Positions 39,223 to 53,419 of a DNA stretch of 64,000 bases are shown here, piece after piece (position 1 is the first letter of the stretch; the number at the start of each line of letters is the position of its first letter). Origin of the DNA: the human T2T-CHM13v2.0 reference genome, Homo sapiens. The position numbers were made by a program, and so were the translations under genes. Below the pieces are notes generated by a model, which saw only the letters and a list, made by a program, of their open reading frames with translations, did no database searches and was not told the DNA's origin. Location of the stretch: NCBI RefSeq assembly GCF_009914755.1, contig NC_060937.1; one strand, written 5' to 3'.

Positions 39223-40194
39223 CGACACTCACAGGGAGATAGCAAAATAACATACCTTAGGCCCCACTGTCCTCTACGGGTGTCCAGCGAGTAAGTAGGG
39301 GAGCACCACATTTCTGTGCAGAGGAGTGAATTGTTTGACTTATGTGTTGATAACAGAAAGTGTTTCTGTGCCTTAACAAAAAGGCTGTCAGGAGCACCTG
39401 CCTGCTGGTGGGTGACTGGCTGCCAGCTACCAGGCACTAAATCTGCCTTTCAAAATCTCAGTTCTTCATTGGCAACACACCACACACTCTGCTTTTGGTA
39501 ATTATATCAAAGACAACATGTTTATGCCTTACATCAGTCCTGAGCATGACGCCACCAAAGCGGGTGGACAGAGAAGCCCAGGAAATCAGGGCTGTGGAGT
39601 CAGACACGAAACAAGGACTCCTGATTCTGAACTCAGGAAAATAACCTAAAGCCTCACGAATCTCAACCACGCCGCTCAAAACCGTCTGCAGGGTAAATCA
39701 CCATTTCTCAGCTCCTCGTTGCTTTGGCCGTAACTGTATGGCCTTAAAATACTGCCTGAAATGGAAACACTCAGTATTCACAGGCTTCAGCGTGTAATGC
39801 CAGACAAGCCTTCTCAACTTAGGAGGTGTGCTTCGTTGCTGTTGTTTTGCAGCCGTCATTCTCATCCCTGCAAGGGAGCTAAAGGAAATGTCTTTCATAC
39901 CCTGTTAGGTAATCATGGGAAATAGGAGACACACAGAAAATGATAGGAGAAAAACGCTCCCAAAGGTTGCCCTGTGCAGAGTGGGCTCTACACACGGCAC
40001 AGGCCTTGTTTGCTGCTCTGTGAAAACCCCACTCAGTGGCTCTACCCACATGGATTCCTGGGTCTCAGCCACAGTGCACCCTCCGCCCCAAGTCGATTGG
40101 ACCTCAGGAAGTCAGCAGCAATGGCGCGTTTCCCTAGCACCTGCTGCGAGCCCAGCACCGCCCCCGCATCTTCACAGACATTGGCTCCCATGGG

Positions 40195-40342
40195 CCTAAC
40201 AGCAGCCCTATGCGGGACGGTGTGCCTCTCGTGATAGAGGAGGAAACTGAGGCAAGAGGCGGTAAGTGACTTAGGTCCCACAGCTGTGAAGGAGCAGAGT
40301 GATGACTTGAAGGAGGAGGAGGCTGGCTCCAGAGTTCACACT
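40195..40342 (-). mobile_element. MIR
   Basis: agaggaggaaactgaggcaagaggcggtaagtgactt...ggctccagagttcacact. Confidence 0.75.
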
Positions 40343-41334
40343 GGTGACCACGACAGGCGATGTCGAAACCCAGCGGAGCAGTTACTCAACAGTTTACTCA
40401 CCATCTACACACACACAGTGCACAGACGGGGTGCGCACTAGGAAGCTGATGAGGCCTGGGCCAGCCTGGCTAAAGACCACAAAGTGCTTCTTCCATCCGG
40501 GAACCCCCTGGACTCTCCCTTTGCCGGCTGCAGCAAGTCCCTCTCTTCTAAGCTGCTTTCACTCTGATTAGGTGTCGGTCATGCAGTGTGGTCTATTGGA
40601 AATGGCAGCCGAAATACGAACTGAAATCCTGTTGTTGGACAAGTTTCAGAATTTGGAGCATGGCAGCATCCCCAGCCGTCGTGCTAGGGATCTAGGTCTT
40701 TGTCCCGGGCACTCTTGTGCTGCGCCCTCCATGGGTTCCTGGTCCAGCATCTCCTCTGGGGTAACACAGTGAGAGCTCACGATGGTCCTGCCTGCGTGCC
40801 TGCGAGAAGGAGGCTTCCCCAGGAGGCTGCACCACGAGAGATGTTCAGGGGGTCGCAGGGGCTGCAGCCGGCTCTGCTAACCAGCCCGTGAGGACGGCAG
40901 GGTTCTTTGTCTACATTGAGCTAACACATCAAGGGGGACAGTGCTGTGGGTCCTTTGCTACTATAAACATGTCCCATCACAGAGAAGCAGGGCAGGACAG
41001 CAGCCAGAGTGAGCGGGGAAAGAAACACTTGGGCCTGGTGTGTCCAGGCCTGGGCGTATTTTGGTAGCAATCGTCATCAACAAGCTCACCTGGGCAGGGT
41101 TTAGCAATCTTTGATCTCATCTAATTCATCTTTATTTTAAGACCCCAACCTCGCTTCCTACTGGGGACAACTTAAACCGAAGTCTTATTGTGATTCTCCT
41201 CAGTCTGCTGAATATGGGCCATTCTAGAATCGCCTGTAAAGCTTTATTCTCTTTTGGGGCAGGGGCAGGGTTTGTTGGGGGTAGGAGGCTGTAGGTCTGT
41301 CTGCCTGGCTCGGGTGCTAGGATTCTGTCACTAG

Positions 41335-41644
<310 letters not shown>

Positions 41645-41687
41645 TGTCACCAATCTCTTTCTACGGGGTTGCCTGGGGTTGCCAGCC

Positions 41688-42146
<459 letters not shown>

Positions 42147-42206
42147 AAAGTTAGTTTTATTCGGAAGTCTTACCGCGGACCATAGCCCAGGGCCTGCGGC
42201 CTGAGA

Positions 42207-42342
42207 GCAGCACCGTGGAGAGGCTCTGCCTGAGCGCTCTGGTCCAGCGTTTCCACCCACAGCCGGACCGCTCTGGCACAGCGTTGCAGCACCGCGGAGA
42301 GGCTCTGCCTGAGCGCTCTGGTCCAGCGTTTCCACCCACAGC
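42207..42342. repeat. 57-bp direct repeat, 79-bp period
   Basis: gcagcaccg(t/c)ggagaggctctgcctgagcgctctggtccagcgtttccacccacagc x2, one mismatch. Confidence 0.95.
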
Positions 42343-42409
42343 TCATACACGTGTGGCAGAGCTTCCGTACGGGCAGAACCACATCCAGCCGGCTCAGAAG
42401 CTGCAGTGA

Positions 42410-43170
<761 letters not shown>

Positions 43171-43384
43171 CATATCTCTTAAGGAGACAGTGACTCGAGC
43201 AGGAGCCCCGGGAGTGGCGTGCACCCTCTCACTTTGTCCTCAGAGCGTCTTCAGAGGGCGGCCCATCAGCACAGAGCCGGGCTGGTGAAGTCACACCACA
43301 AGCAGAAACCCACAGACGTGGCTTCTTACCCTGCCTCGTGGTCTCACGGCACCTTCCCCATAATTTTGCTGTGAGCCTTAAACT

Positions 43385-43550
43385 ACTATAAAAATATAAA
43401 GTCTATTAATTAAAGTTTAAAAAGCCACATTCTTTTTTCCATAATAAAACTTCAAAATCCGGTGTGTACTTTACAGTCTCCGCACACCTCCATTCAGGGT
43501 TTCAAGGGCGTAGGAGCCTCTGGGGCCCGGGCTCTGCCCCACGGGGTTCC
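43385..43550 (+). mobile_element. MER33, 3' half
   Basis: cacattcttttttccata...cttcaaaatccggtgtgtactttaca...gcacacctccattcag. Confidence 0.75.
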
Positions 43551-43716
43551 GGCTCTGCACCCAGCCCCGCCCTGCTCTGTGGCCCACACGGCGGCGATTA
43601 CCTGCTGGAAAGGGGACCAAGGGAAGGAAAGAGCGTGAAGGCCTGAAGTAGTGTGTCTCCATCCTCAGCACCACCTCCTGTGCGGCAGCGAGCTCACCCA
43701 GTCATTTTGATATTTC

Positions 43717-44017
43717 AGCTGCGCATGGTGGCTCAGGCTTGTAATCCTAACACTGGGGGAGGCTGAGGTGAGAGGCTCTGTTGAGCCCAGAAGTTTGAGA
43801 TTAGCCTGGGCAACACAGTGAGACCCCATCTCTACAAAAAATACAGAGAAATACAGAAAAACGGTGGTGTGCACCTGTGCTCCCATCTACTCAGGAGGCT
43901 GAGGTGGGAGGATTGATTGAGCCCACGAGATCAAGGCTGCAGTGAGCCGTGGTCACACCACTGCACTCCACCCTGGGCGACACAGTGAGACCCTGTCTCA
44001 AAATAAATAAATAAAAA
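43717..44017 (+). mobile_element. AluJ
   Basis: ttgagcccagaagtttgaga, cctgggcaacacagtgagacccc and tcaaggctgcagtgagcc are AluJ diagnostics. Confidence 0.93.
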
Positions 44018-46708
44018 TGTGTTCATAATGTCTGTAAAATAACAGCATTCAATGGATGAGCTATAAAACACCCCAACTCCCTGTTAAGGCAGAAATAAGT
44101 CAATAAAGCCAAGTGTCTTTTCTCGATTTCACCTTTTCTTTCTTAAACACACCAGCAGGCAAACCATTGATGTTTGGGTGTTCAAATCTCATGGTCTATG
44201 ATACTTAGAGTATGTTCCTCAGCTTTGTTTCATCATAGAGTCTGTGCCGGAGTGCTGGCGGCTGGCATATGTTTTGTACATATTCGCTGAACGGAGTGGA
44301 TAACTATTTTTTTTTTTTTTTAAAAAAAGGCCTGTGTTTTAGGCAATTACATAAATTGGCATCAGAAATTTTCTTACTTTACTATATAATAAGGTGGGAA
44401 GTTAGTTTTAAAATAGAGTTTTAGAAAAAATACAAATCATAAAACATCAATTATTTTATGTTAGAATAGACTGCTTTACATCTAAAAGCCTTTTATGAAG
44501 CATTTTAACCATTTTAACCATCAACTGCTCTGCTGAAAATTAAGCTTGTTCCTAATGAATAAATCTGACATAGCTCCAATGTAGTCACTCTGTGATGAGC
44601 AATATTCACGCTAACCCCAAAGCTCACACTCCACAAGCCTCTGGTGGTATAAATCCTGTCCTCACCCTGCAGCTCCCCAGCCCTCAGGGCAACCCATGTG
44701 ACAAGTGTGGGGGTGGCAGGGGTTTGCACGTCACAGGCCATCTGGTCGACCCTGAGTGGTGGGCTGGGTAGCACTGGGGTCCAGGGATGAAGGTCCCAAG
44801 GGAACTCTCTCCACCATCCTGGGAAGGCCATGGTGAAATTGCGGACTCGGATCAGCAAGGTGGGAGCCATGCTGGGGGGCAGCACGGGGCAGTGGTCACT
44901 AGAGCCTCCCTCCGGCCACCTTGGGAGTAGACTCCCAGTTCAGTGGGTTACTAGAGAGGCTAAAGTCAAGTTTTTCCTCCTGCATAGCATGGAGCTAGTA
45001 ACAACATTTCTGCATCGTGTTCTTGAGGCTTCTGAGAGAAAGTTCACAGAGATGCATGCAGCATCACACACGGCCAGTCCTCAGGACGCGTTCTCACTGC
45101 ACCTTTGGTGCTGGGAGCTCACCCTAGCTGTGGGCACCAGCACGGAGCTGGTGCCAGCAACAGGGTGAGGAAGAGAAAGAATGGGTTTATTTTTAGGGAG
45201 TTGAGAGAAAATAATGAAAATGAAATGCAGAAATGTTTTTTAATGAAGAAAGAACATGAGAAGGCCCAAGGATGAGGAGGAGTAGACGGCAAAGGAGAAA
45301 AGAAGCCCAGCTTCGTGGAAGCAAGGGGAAATGCCAGCGGGCGCGGGAGAGGGCAAGACGCCAAGTTCTGTAATAAAGAAGTGATTAATTGAGGATCAGA
45401 ACAGAGAGGATCAGAACAGAGAGCTTTTGATATGGTGCAGTTAGGAAGGAAGGCTGCAAAGAATGTTAAAGCTTATGAAAAAAAAGAAGGAGAAAGAAAA
45501 GCTGAAAAAATTAAAGACTGGAGAACTGATTATTTAAAACGGATTTGCTGTTTAATTCAGTGAAGCAGGCAGTACTCTGCTAATAATGTGAATTTCTCTT
45601 CCTTTGGAAACAAATCCTGGTTTGAAAATCGAAACATATCAGGACCCAATCATGTGAAATAAAATTCAAGAAATACAGCATGAAACAATCATGCTCCTTA
45701 AGCTCTTGAAGGACTTTCAAAGTCAGAGTGATGATAGCTCAATTCCACTTCCTGTGCCTTTGTTGTGAAAATTCAGATTCTTGGACATATGTGGAAAAAC
45801 CCAGGGTGAAATAGACCCCTGACGTGCAATGCCCAGTTGGGACTCTAGTGTAAAGTTGTTCAGTCAGAGACTCTAAATGTTGAAGATCACATGTGGTAAC
45901 TGGATGGTCATTCACACTTAATGACAGCATTTCAACCCTGGGCAACTCCCCTTTCAACGTAGACTAGGATTACCTAGAATGTACACGGAACCTTTCTTCC
46001 TGAGAGCCTGCAATGAGTGCGAATTTCTCGTCTTTAAGGTTTCTGCAGGTTAAATAGATTTCAGGGACATTCCCATCTCCAGGAAATATGTGGGCATGTT
46101 GAGGTTGTATTAAGTCCAGGTCCCTAAGCCGCCACGGCCATTTCAAAGCTGCCAAATCAGGAGATCAAGAGATAACATAACTCCCCTCAGGGGCCCAGAA
46201 CCTGGAGTGAAATCTAGACTCACTTCCTAGTCCCCAGCCAAGATTCACTCCGCAGAATTTTGTACTGACCCACTTATGATTTACTGAGTAATGAAAAAGT
46301 AGAAACTGTGCGTTCTGTGGGCCACTCCAGTGGCTTAGGGAATACACCTCTATGGAAGGGTGAGAAGGTAACACAACAGCCGACCTCGTCTTGCTCGCCT
46401 GCCCATTAGCCCAGGTGCCTCCTCCGCCATCAGCAGCCTGAGGAAAGCTAGATGGGAGGGCTTGGTGAGAGGAAGCTGAGATGCCCTGAGCATGTGACCA
46501 GCAGTGTACACCACTTAGCAAATGGTATGTGCTACTTCACTGTGAAACAGAACACAGAAATGGAAGATTCATCAAACTGGGGAGTCCCTGAGTCCTCAAT
46601 AACTGGACAATAGTCAGCCGCGTCATTCACTCTCTGAGAACCTGTGTACCAGGGGAAAACTCATGTATGTAATCACAGATGTTGACTGGAAAGTCTTTAC
46701 AGCAAAAG

Positions 46709-46834
46709 TAATTATATTAATATCTTTTACAATTGCTTTTACAGACCACTGTGTTTAACATTTTCCAAAATTAATTATATCCATATCTTTTACTACCACT
46801 CTTCATGGACCACTGTGTTTAAAATTTTTTAAAG
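46709..46834. repeat. Diverged 63-bp tandem duplication
   Basis: taattatat..atatcttttac...gaccactgtgtttaa.atttt..aaa occurs twice. Confidence 0.75.
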
Positions 46835-46848
46835 TACCTGTGTGGCCA

Positions 46849-47075
46849 GGAGATCTGAGACCTGGCCCCAGATTACCTGCTAGCTAATCTTGAGCAACCA
46901 GATTTCTTTGGGTCTCAGCTTCTCCCTCTGTGAGATGGGCATGTTAGACCAACAGGCTTCTGATACTCCTGCTGGATTCCGCTGTTGCCTGTGCCCCCAT
47001 AGCCCTCACTCTCCTGAGGCTCAGTCTCTCCATCTGTGGAGTGAAGTGGTTGAACCCGATGGCCCCTGAGGCCCC
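46849..47075 (+). mobile_element. MIR/MIR3 fragments
   Basis: ctttgggtctcagcttctccctctgtgagatggg; ctcagtctctccatctgtggagtga. Confidence 0.55.
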
Positions 47076-47439
47076 AGGGCTCCCAGAGAAAGCCAATGGT
47101 GTGGGTTTAATCAACTCCTTTCTTTAGTCATAGGGACCCCATCGCAGCAATTTTTACAAAAACTGGAAATGTCCAAGCTTCAGTCAAGTACTCGAAATAT
47201 GGGCTCTCTTCACGCGGTAGATGGGGCCTCATCAGCCTTTGCACTGCCAGTGACCAGAGGGGTGACCCCAGCGCAGGAGGCCTGGATGAAGGCTGCAGAA
47301 GAGTGGAAGTGAGCCACCACTGCACCTGCTGCCTCAGTGCCAGCCTGGCGGGGCTCACGCTCTCCTTTCCAAGTGCAGAGTCCTGGGGTTGCTCACGCAG
47401 GTACAATGTGGTACACCCCGATCCAGCTCTACCACACGG

Positions 47440-47555
47440 CCCTCATTCTTTTGAGTGGCAACACTCTGGTCCCCATTTCTAAAGAGGAAGCTGAGGCTCT
47501 CTCAGGCTGGCCACAGGTTCCTGGCACAGCCAGGCCTGGAGTGCAGGGCTCAGCA
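47440..47555 (-). mobile_element. MIR fragment
   Basis: tccccatttctaaagaggaagctgaggctc. Confidence 0.5.
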
Positions 47556-48782
47556 CACCTGACCTGTGGTTGTATTGTATTGTTTACTTTCACTGTGTCA
47601 ACACATTGTATCACTTGTTCATTTTTTCCTGAGTAGATGTTTAGAGTATTTCACTGCAATGTCAGTCTTGTAAACTTTACACTCACAGAACTCTCCAGAA
47701 GGTGTCAAAATGTTGCCTTTAGAGCTGTTTGAAGAATCCCAACTTTAAAATCTATACACTGGTATTGATTTCTCTTTCCGTCATGGGAAATAAATAATTT
47801 TAAAAGGGATTTTTACAAATGTCCCGTGACAAAATCTAAGTCACAAAAATTCAGCAGCAAGGTGACTGTGTCCGTATTTTATGGAATTGGTGTGGTTTCC
47901 TGGAGCTGCACAGGAAGGTCCTGTGAGACGTGCACGTGATGGAAGGTGCGTCCCGAGCTGCAGAAACTCCGGTGGCCTCATTCTCCACTCAGTCGCACCG
48001 AGACTCACTGGCAGCAGGCGGGGAGCACACTAGTGGGCGAAGGGTACACAGACCCCTAAAACATTAGAGCCCCGTGTGCTGCCATGGCAGAAACACCGCA
48101 AGAGGTATGGGCTGTTGGGTTTTTCAGCTTAAGGTAAGAAATATTAATTTGCTAAGTTGGAATGGAAAATGAAAACGTGGTGCCAGGTGTCTAGATAAAG
48201 TAAACACAGGCTGTTACAGTGCTGGGGCCAGGTGCTCCACAATCCCTGCTAAGCTGGGCCATGTGGCCTCGGGAAGCCTCTGCTCATCGGTCAAACGTGG
48301 GCTACTGTGGGACCTTCTGCACCACGGGGCCTGGGCGAGCCTCCACTTGGGACACAGCGAGGCCTTGGTGCATCCTTGCAAGCCACCAGGAGCACTGGAG
48401 TCATATCCTGCGCCACAGACACAGCCCCATGCTGGCCGCTTCCCTCCCGTAACCAAAACGCTCCGTGCAGTCAAACAGCAACTTGCATTGCAAAAAACCC
48501 CACACCCTTCTTCGGTATATTTCCTGACTAAGCAGGCAAACAGTTCCATTTTAGGTGTGGTCCATCCCCACCGTGGGAGTGCTGTTACGGGGGTGGGGAT
48601 GGTTTGAGGTCTCCCCCCAGGAATGTGAGCAGACACGTGGGTGAGAGACAGCAGTCTCTGTGTGTACCCACAACAGGACAAGAATCAGAGTTGCAGAACT
48701 AAACTGTTTCTGCCCGTTGGCAAGAGTGTCTAAAAATGTTTTACCAGAAGAAAACCAATATTCAAAATGTGCTTTTACATCA

Positions 48783-49044
<262 letters not shown>

Positions 49045-51424
49045 CTTAGGCTCTGAGCTGAAAGATTAAACCAGAAAGCATTGCCCACCTGCAGGGGAAT
49101 GCAGAATCCAGCTGCCCCAGGTGGATCCACTGCAGGACCTTCAGAATGAGAGATTCTAGGGCCAGAGAGAAAGCCTCATGCCTGCCTCGGTAACAACAGA
49201 ACTTCCTCCAGCTGTCAGGGGCTGGCCTGGGAGGCTGCAGGAACCCACCCCCAGCTCCTGCGCACAGTGCACAGAGGCCGTCATGAAGTTTGCTGAAACT
49301 CGTGGAAGCTGCTGTTATCGGGGGAGACTAGTGTCCTCTCACTGAAAGATTCTGGAAATCGTCAGGTTCAGGACGCACCGTCCACCTGGAGCGTGAGTGG
49401 CAGGGATGTTCCAGGCAGTGCTTCCCAGGAGAACCTTCTAGAAGCCTTTCCAGCCCCTGACTAGGGTTGATGGACAAAGAGGAGAAAGTGGGGGATGAGC
49501 CTTCAACAAACTGACTCTGCTGGGGCTTCCGCTGACTTCAGTTTTCCCTCTCCAGAACCGGGGATGGCTGGCTGCAGCGTGGCCTCACTGCCTACACACC
49601 ATTCAGCCCCTGTCTGCCTTTTTGTTTACACTGAGAACACAATAGGAGCTATGGTCCTTCCAATACATCATTTATAAGTGTGTCCTACCTCTGAATGCGC
49701 AGGCAGAACTGGCTGTGGGTGAATAAGCTCTGTGAATCTTGCCAAGACACTGCTTTGTTCAGCATTATTCTTCACAATAGATACCACACTTTGGAAGTAA
49801 TTTTAAAAAGGGAATCAAAATAGTGGTACTTTTAGCCTTTGTTTCTTTTATACCACACTGCATTCTCTGTCTCTCATTCAGCCGCTCCCATTATTCTGAC
49901 AAATTAAATAAACCACTCCATTGCAGAAAAGCGTGGGCAGGCAGGACTTCACTCCACTGCAGCCCCGGGAAGTCGAAATAAACATTGAGGTGGGTTCTGC
50001 TATAGCCATTTCGTCTAACTTAAGGAGGGGAAAAAATGGAGGGGGGAGACTTCGGAACTTGAGTGGGTCAGTAGCCCCCGAGAGCCGGCCTCTGCAGCAG
50101 GTCGCGACCACGGCGTGGAGGGCAGCGGTTTCCAGGAGCGCTAGGAAGTCCTTCCTGCGGTGTGGCCCTGGGAGCCCGGACGGTAAGTCACAGGAGGTTG
50201 GGGCACCGCAGAGGTGGGCAGCAGACTGCGCTGACGCCTGGGGCTCTGTTCCTGCAAGCAGCTTGGCTCTTCTCTCCTTTTTAAAAAGGCCTTCTTACAG
50301 GTGTTGAACCGCTGCCTAAAGAGGGAGTGACTCCAGGAGGAGGAGGACTTCTCTCTCCCTCTCTCTCTCTGTCTCTGACTCTCTGTCTCTTTTAAGCTCG
50401 ACTTTGAGAAGTTTTTGACTTGTGCAATCACAATCTATTTATGAAATTCAGGCAAGGAGAGGACTGAAGAGGAGGAAGAAGAGACGGACAGGATTTTAGA
50501 GTGGGGTATTGCCTTCGGTTTTCTTAAGGTCCAGGATGTGTTACAAAACTGATGGGTGACACCCTTCTAACTTTTGGCCTTAAAGCATTTTTCTTTGTAC
50601 AGGAGAAAAAACAAAAAGTGTGTGTTTGCAAAGGAATCTCTGTTAGATTAATGACTGATTTGAACTAGAATATACATGGAAGTCATTTTAGTTACAACTG
50701 CCTCTGTCCTCGTTTGTCGGGTGTGAAACGTGGGGTAGCCGTTTCTCTGAGAGTAGCTCCGTCTGGATTTGGAGAAATCCTCCTGACTGTTGTGAAAATC
50801 GTCTCCCATCGGCTGTGCCGGGACCCTCCCCTCCTTCCGTTCCTTTTCCCGCACCCTCTCTTAGCAGAACAGGTGGAGCGGGTGGAAAGGACAGCGGCGA
50901 GAGCGCGTGTGGTCAGGGGTCTCGGAGGCAGCCTGATTTCCTTATGAAAACAGAGCTCTGGTAAATGCCAGTTATGGGGAGGGCTTTGAAGGCTGCAGCC
51001 ACCAGCTAAGATGGCCTCATCTAAAATGCAGGCGTCTGCGGCATGGAGGGGGCTCTGTGTTCCAACAGAGGCGTCCCCTGGCTTCGGAGTCAGAGGGCAC
51101 TACAGGCACAGGGAAATATTGAGCCACAGTAGTTTGAACAGAACCATCAGGGTTCATCTTTTATTACCAAAGAAAGACTTGAAAAAGCCCAGGTGAAATT
51201 TTCTTCCATTGTCTAGGAAAATTCTCTGTAATTTGCCCCCTGGGAAATCCAAGTGCCTTGTGGCCGGGGCCCCCGCCCCACTCCCCTCTGTCCATCTCTC
51301 TCCTCCTCTCTCTGCGTAAATGTCTCCGGGGTCCCTGGAGAACCCAGGGGGCTGAGCAGGGGACGCTGAAGGTCAGGGTTGCCCACTGTGGCCTGACTTT
51401 TAAGCTAAAGAGGTTTTTCTTTCT

Positions 51425-51880
51425 CTTGTTGCCCTGTCAGGTCTAATTTGGCGGCATTATGCTGAGAGGGCGGGCCTGCTCCTGACAGGAGGGGGTTAAA
51501 TGAGATTGCAAGCTTTGGAGGCTGTCAGCAGCCACTGCTGCCCGGGGATGTTAAATTGCGATTTAATGGTCAGCTTTATCTGGATGGTATCAGTGCAAAT
51601 CTGCTGTTTTCAGCAACTTAATTGGCACAGTGTTTGCAGGAGTTTTTCGGGGAGGTAGGAGAGCTGACCAGATTTTAATGCTGAATTATTTAGAGATCAA
51701 ACTGGCAGAATGTCAGTGGGAATCTGTCGCGTGTTTGGTTTTCTGAAGCACAGAAAGCTTATGAATGGGCAAGATGCTGAATTCCGCTGTGATGCCCGAA
51801 ACTTTCTAAAAATATTCACAGGGTCTGATGCAGCTCCGAGTTTATTTATAGAGGGAATAAACAAAGAGTAACAGTTGCTA
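51425..51880. promoter_or_regulatory. Candidate TALE/HOX/TCF-type enhancer
   Basis: Three TGACAG/CTGTCA sites, GATTTAATGG, TTAATTGG and AGATCAAA in sequence free of recognisable repeats; function inferred. Confidence 0.4.
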
Positions 51881-52065
51881 TCACAACATATGTGCAGTGT
51901 CTGATTTGTGAGGGGGCAGCAAGAACGTAGAGGCAGCCGCTCTCAACAGAGCCAGTGTGGGCTGTCTTTTCAAAATTTTAACAGATGGGCGCCGCCTGTG
52001 GAGCTGCGTGTTCCCGGGGTGACTCACAGGTGACCCCACACTACACAGGACTGACGGTGCCTGCT

Positions 52066-53400
52066 TGTGTGTGCGTAAGGCATACACGGGTGCACGCCTG
52101 TTTGTGCGCTAGGTGTGTGCACAAGTGTTCATGGATGTGTGCATATGTGTACACGTGCGTGGGTATCCATGTGAGTGTGTGTACACAGATGTGGGTGTCG
52201 TGTACACATGTGCAGAGTATAAGTGTGTGTGCACATGCGTATACGTGTGTGGGTATGCATGTGTGTGTACACAGATGTGTCGTGTACATGTGTGGGAGTA
52301 TGTATGAAAGTGTGTGTACACAGATGCGGGTGTCGTGTACACATGTGTAAAGTATGAGTGTATATGCACATGTGTACACGTGTGTGGTATGCGTGTGTGT
52401 ACACAGATGTGGGTGTCATGTACATGTGTGTATGTAAGTGTGCATACACAGATGTGGGTGTCAGGTACATGTGTGCAGGTATGTATGTGTAGACAGATGT
52501 GGGTGTTGTGTACACATGTGTAAAGTATGACTGTGTGCACATATGTACATGTGTGTGGGCATGTATGTACACAGATATGGGTGTCTTGTACATGTGTGCA
52601 GGTATGCATGCAAGAGTATGTACACAGATGTGGATGTCATGTACACACGTGTAGTGTGTGCACATGTGTACATATGTGCAGATATGTGTGCGTACATAGA
52701 TGTGGGTGTTGTGTACATGTGTGCAGTTATATGTGAGTGTGTACACAGATGTGTACATGTGTGCAGGCGTGTGTACATGTGTGTAGAGTATGACTGCACA
52801 TGTGTATGTGTGTGGGTATGTGTGCCTATGTGTACACAGATGTGGGTGTCATGTACATGTGTGTGGGTGTGTGTACACAGATGTGTGTAGAGTATGAGTG
52901 TGTGTGCACATGTGTACATGTGTGGGTATGCCTGTGTATGCAGATGTGGGTGTTGTGTACACGTGTGTAGTGTGTGCGCATGTATACATGTGTGCGAGTA
53001 TGCAAGTGTGTGTACACAGATGTGGGTGTCGTGTACATGTGTGCTGGTATGTGTGTGAATGTACATAGATGTGGGTGTCATGTACATGTGTGTGGGTATG
53101 CATGTGAGTGTACACAGATGTTGGTGTCGTGTACGTGTGTGGGTATGTGTGCCAGTGTGTACGCAACATGTGGGTGTCATGTACATGTGTGTAGAGTATG
53201 GGTGTGTGTGCACATGTGTACTGTGTGGGTATGCATGCACGTGTATGTACACAGATGTGGGTGTCCTGTACATGTATGTGGGTATGCATGTGTGTGTACA
53301 CAGATGTGGTTGTTGTGTACACGTGTGGAGAGTGTGTGCACCACACGTGTGGAGGGAGTGTGCCTGTGTGAGGTGCATGTGGGCATGCATGTGTGCAGGA
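52066..53400. repeat. About 1.3-kb (TG/TA/CA)-derived complex minisatellite
   Basis: Recurrent gtgtacacagatgtgggtgtcatgtacatgtgtg core with variable RY linkers. Confidence 0.96.
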
Positions 53401-53419
53401 TGGGGTGTGATCTTTGACA

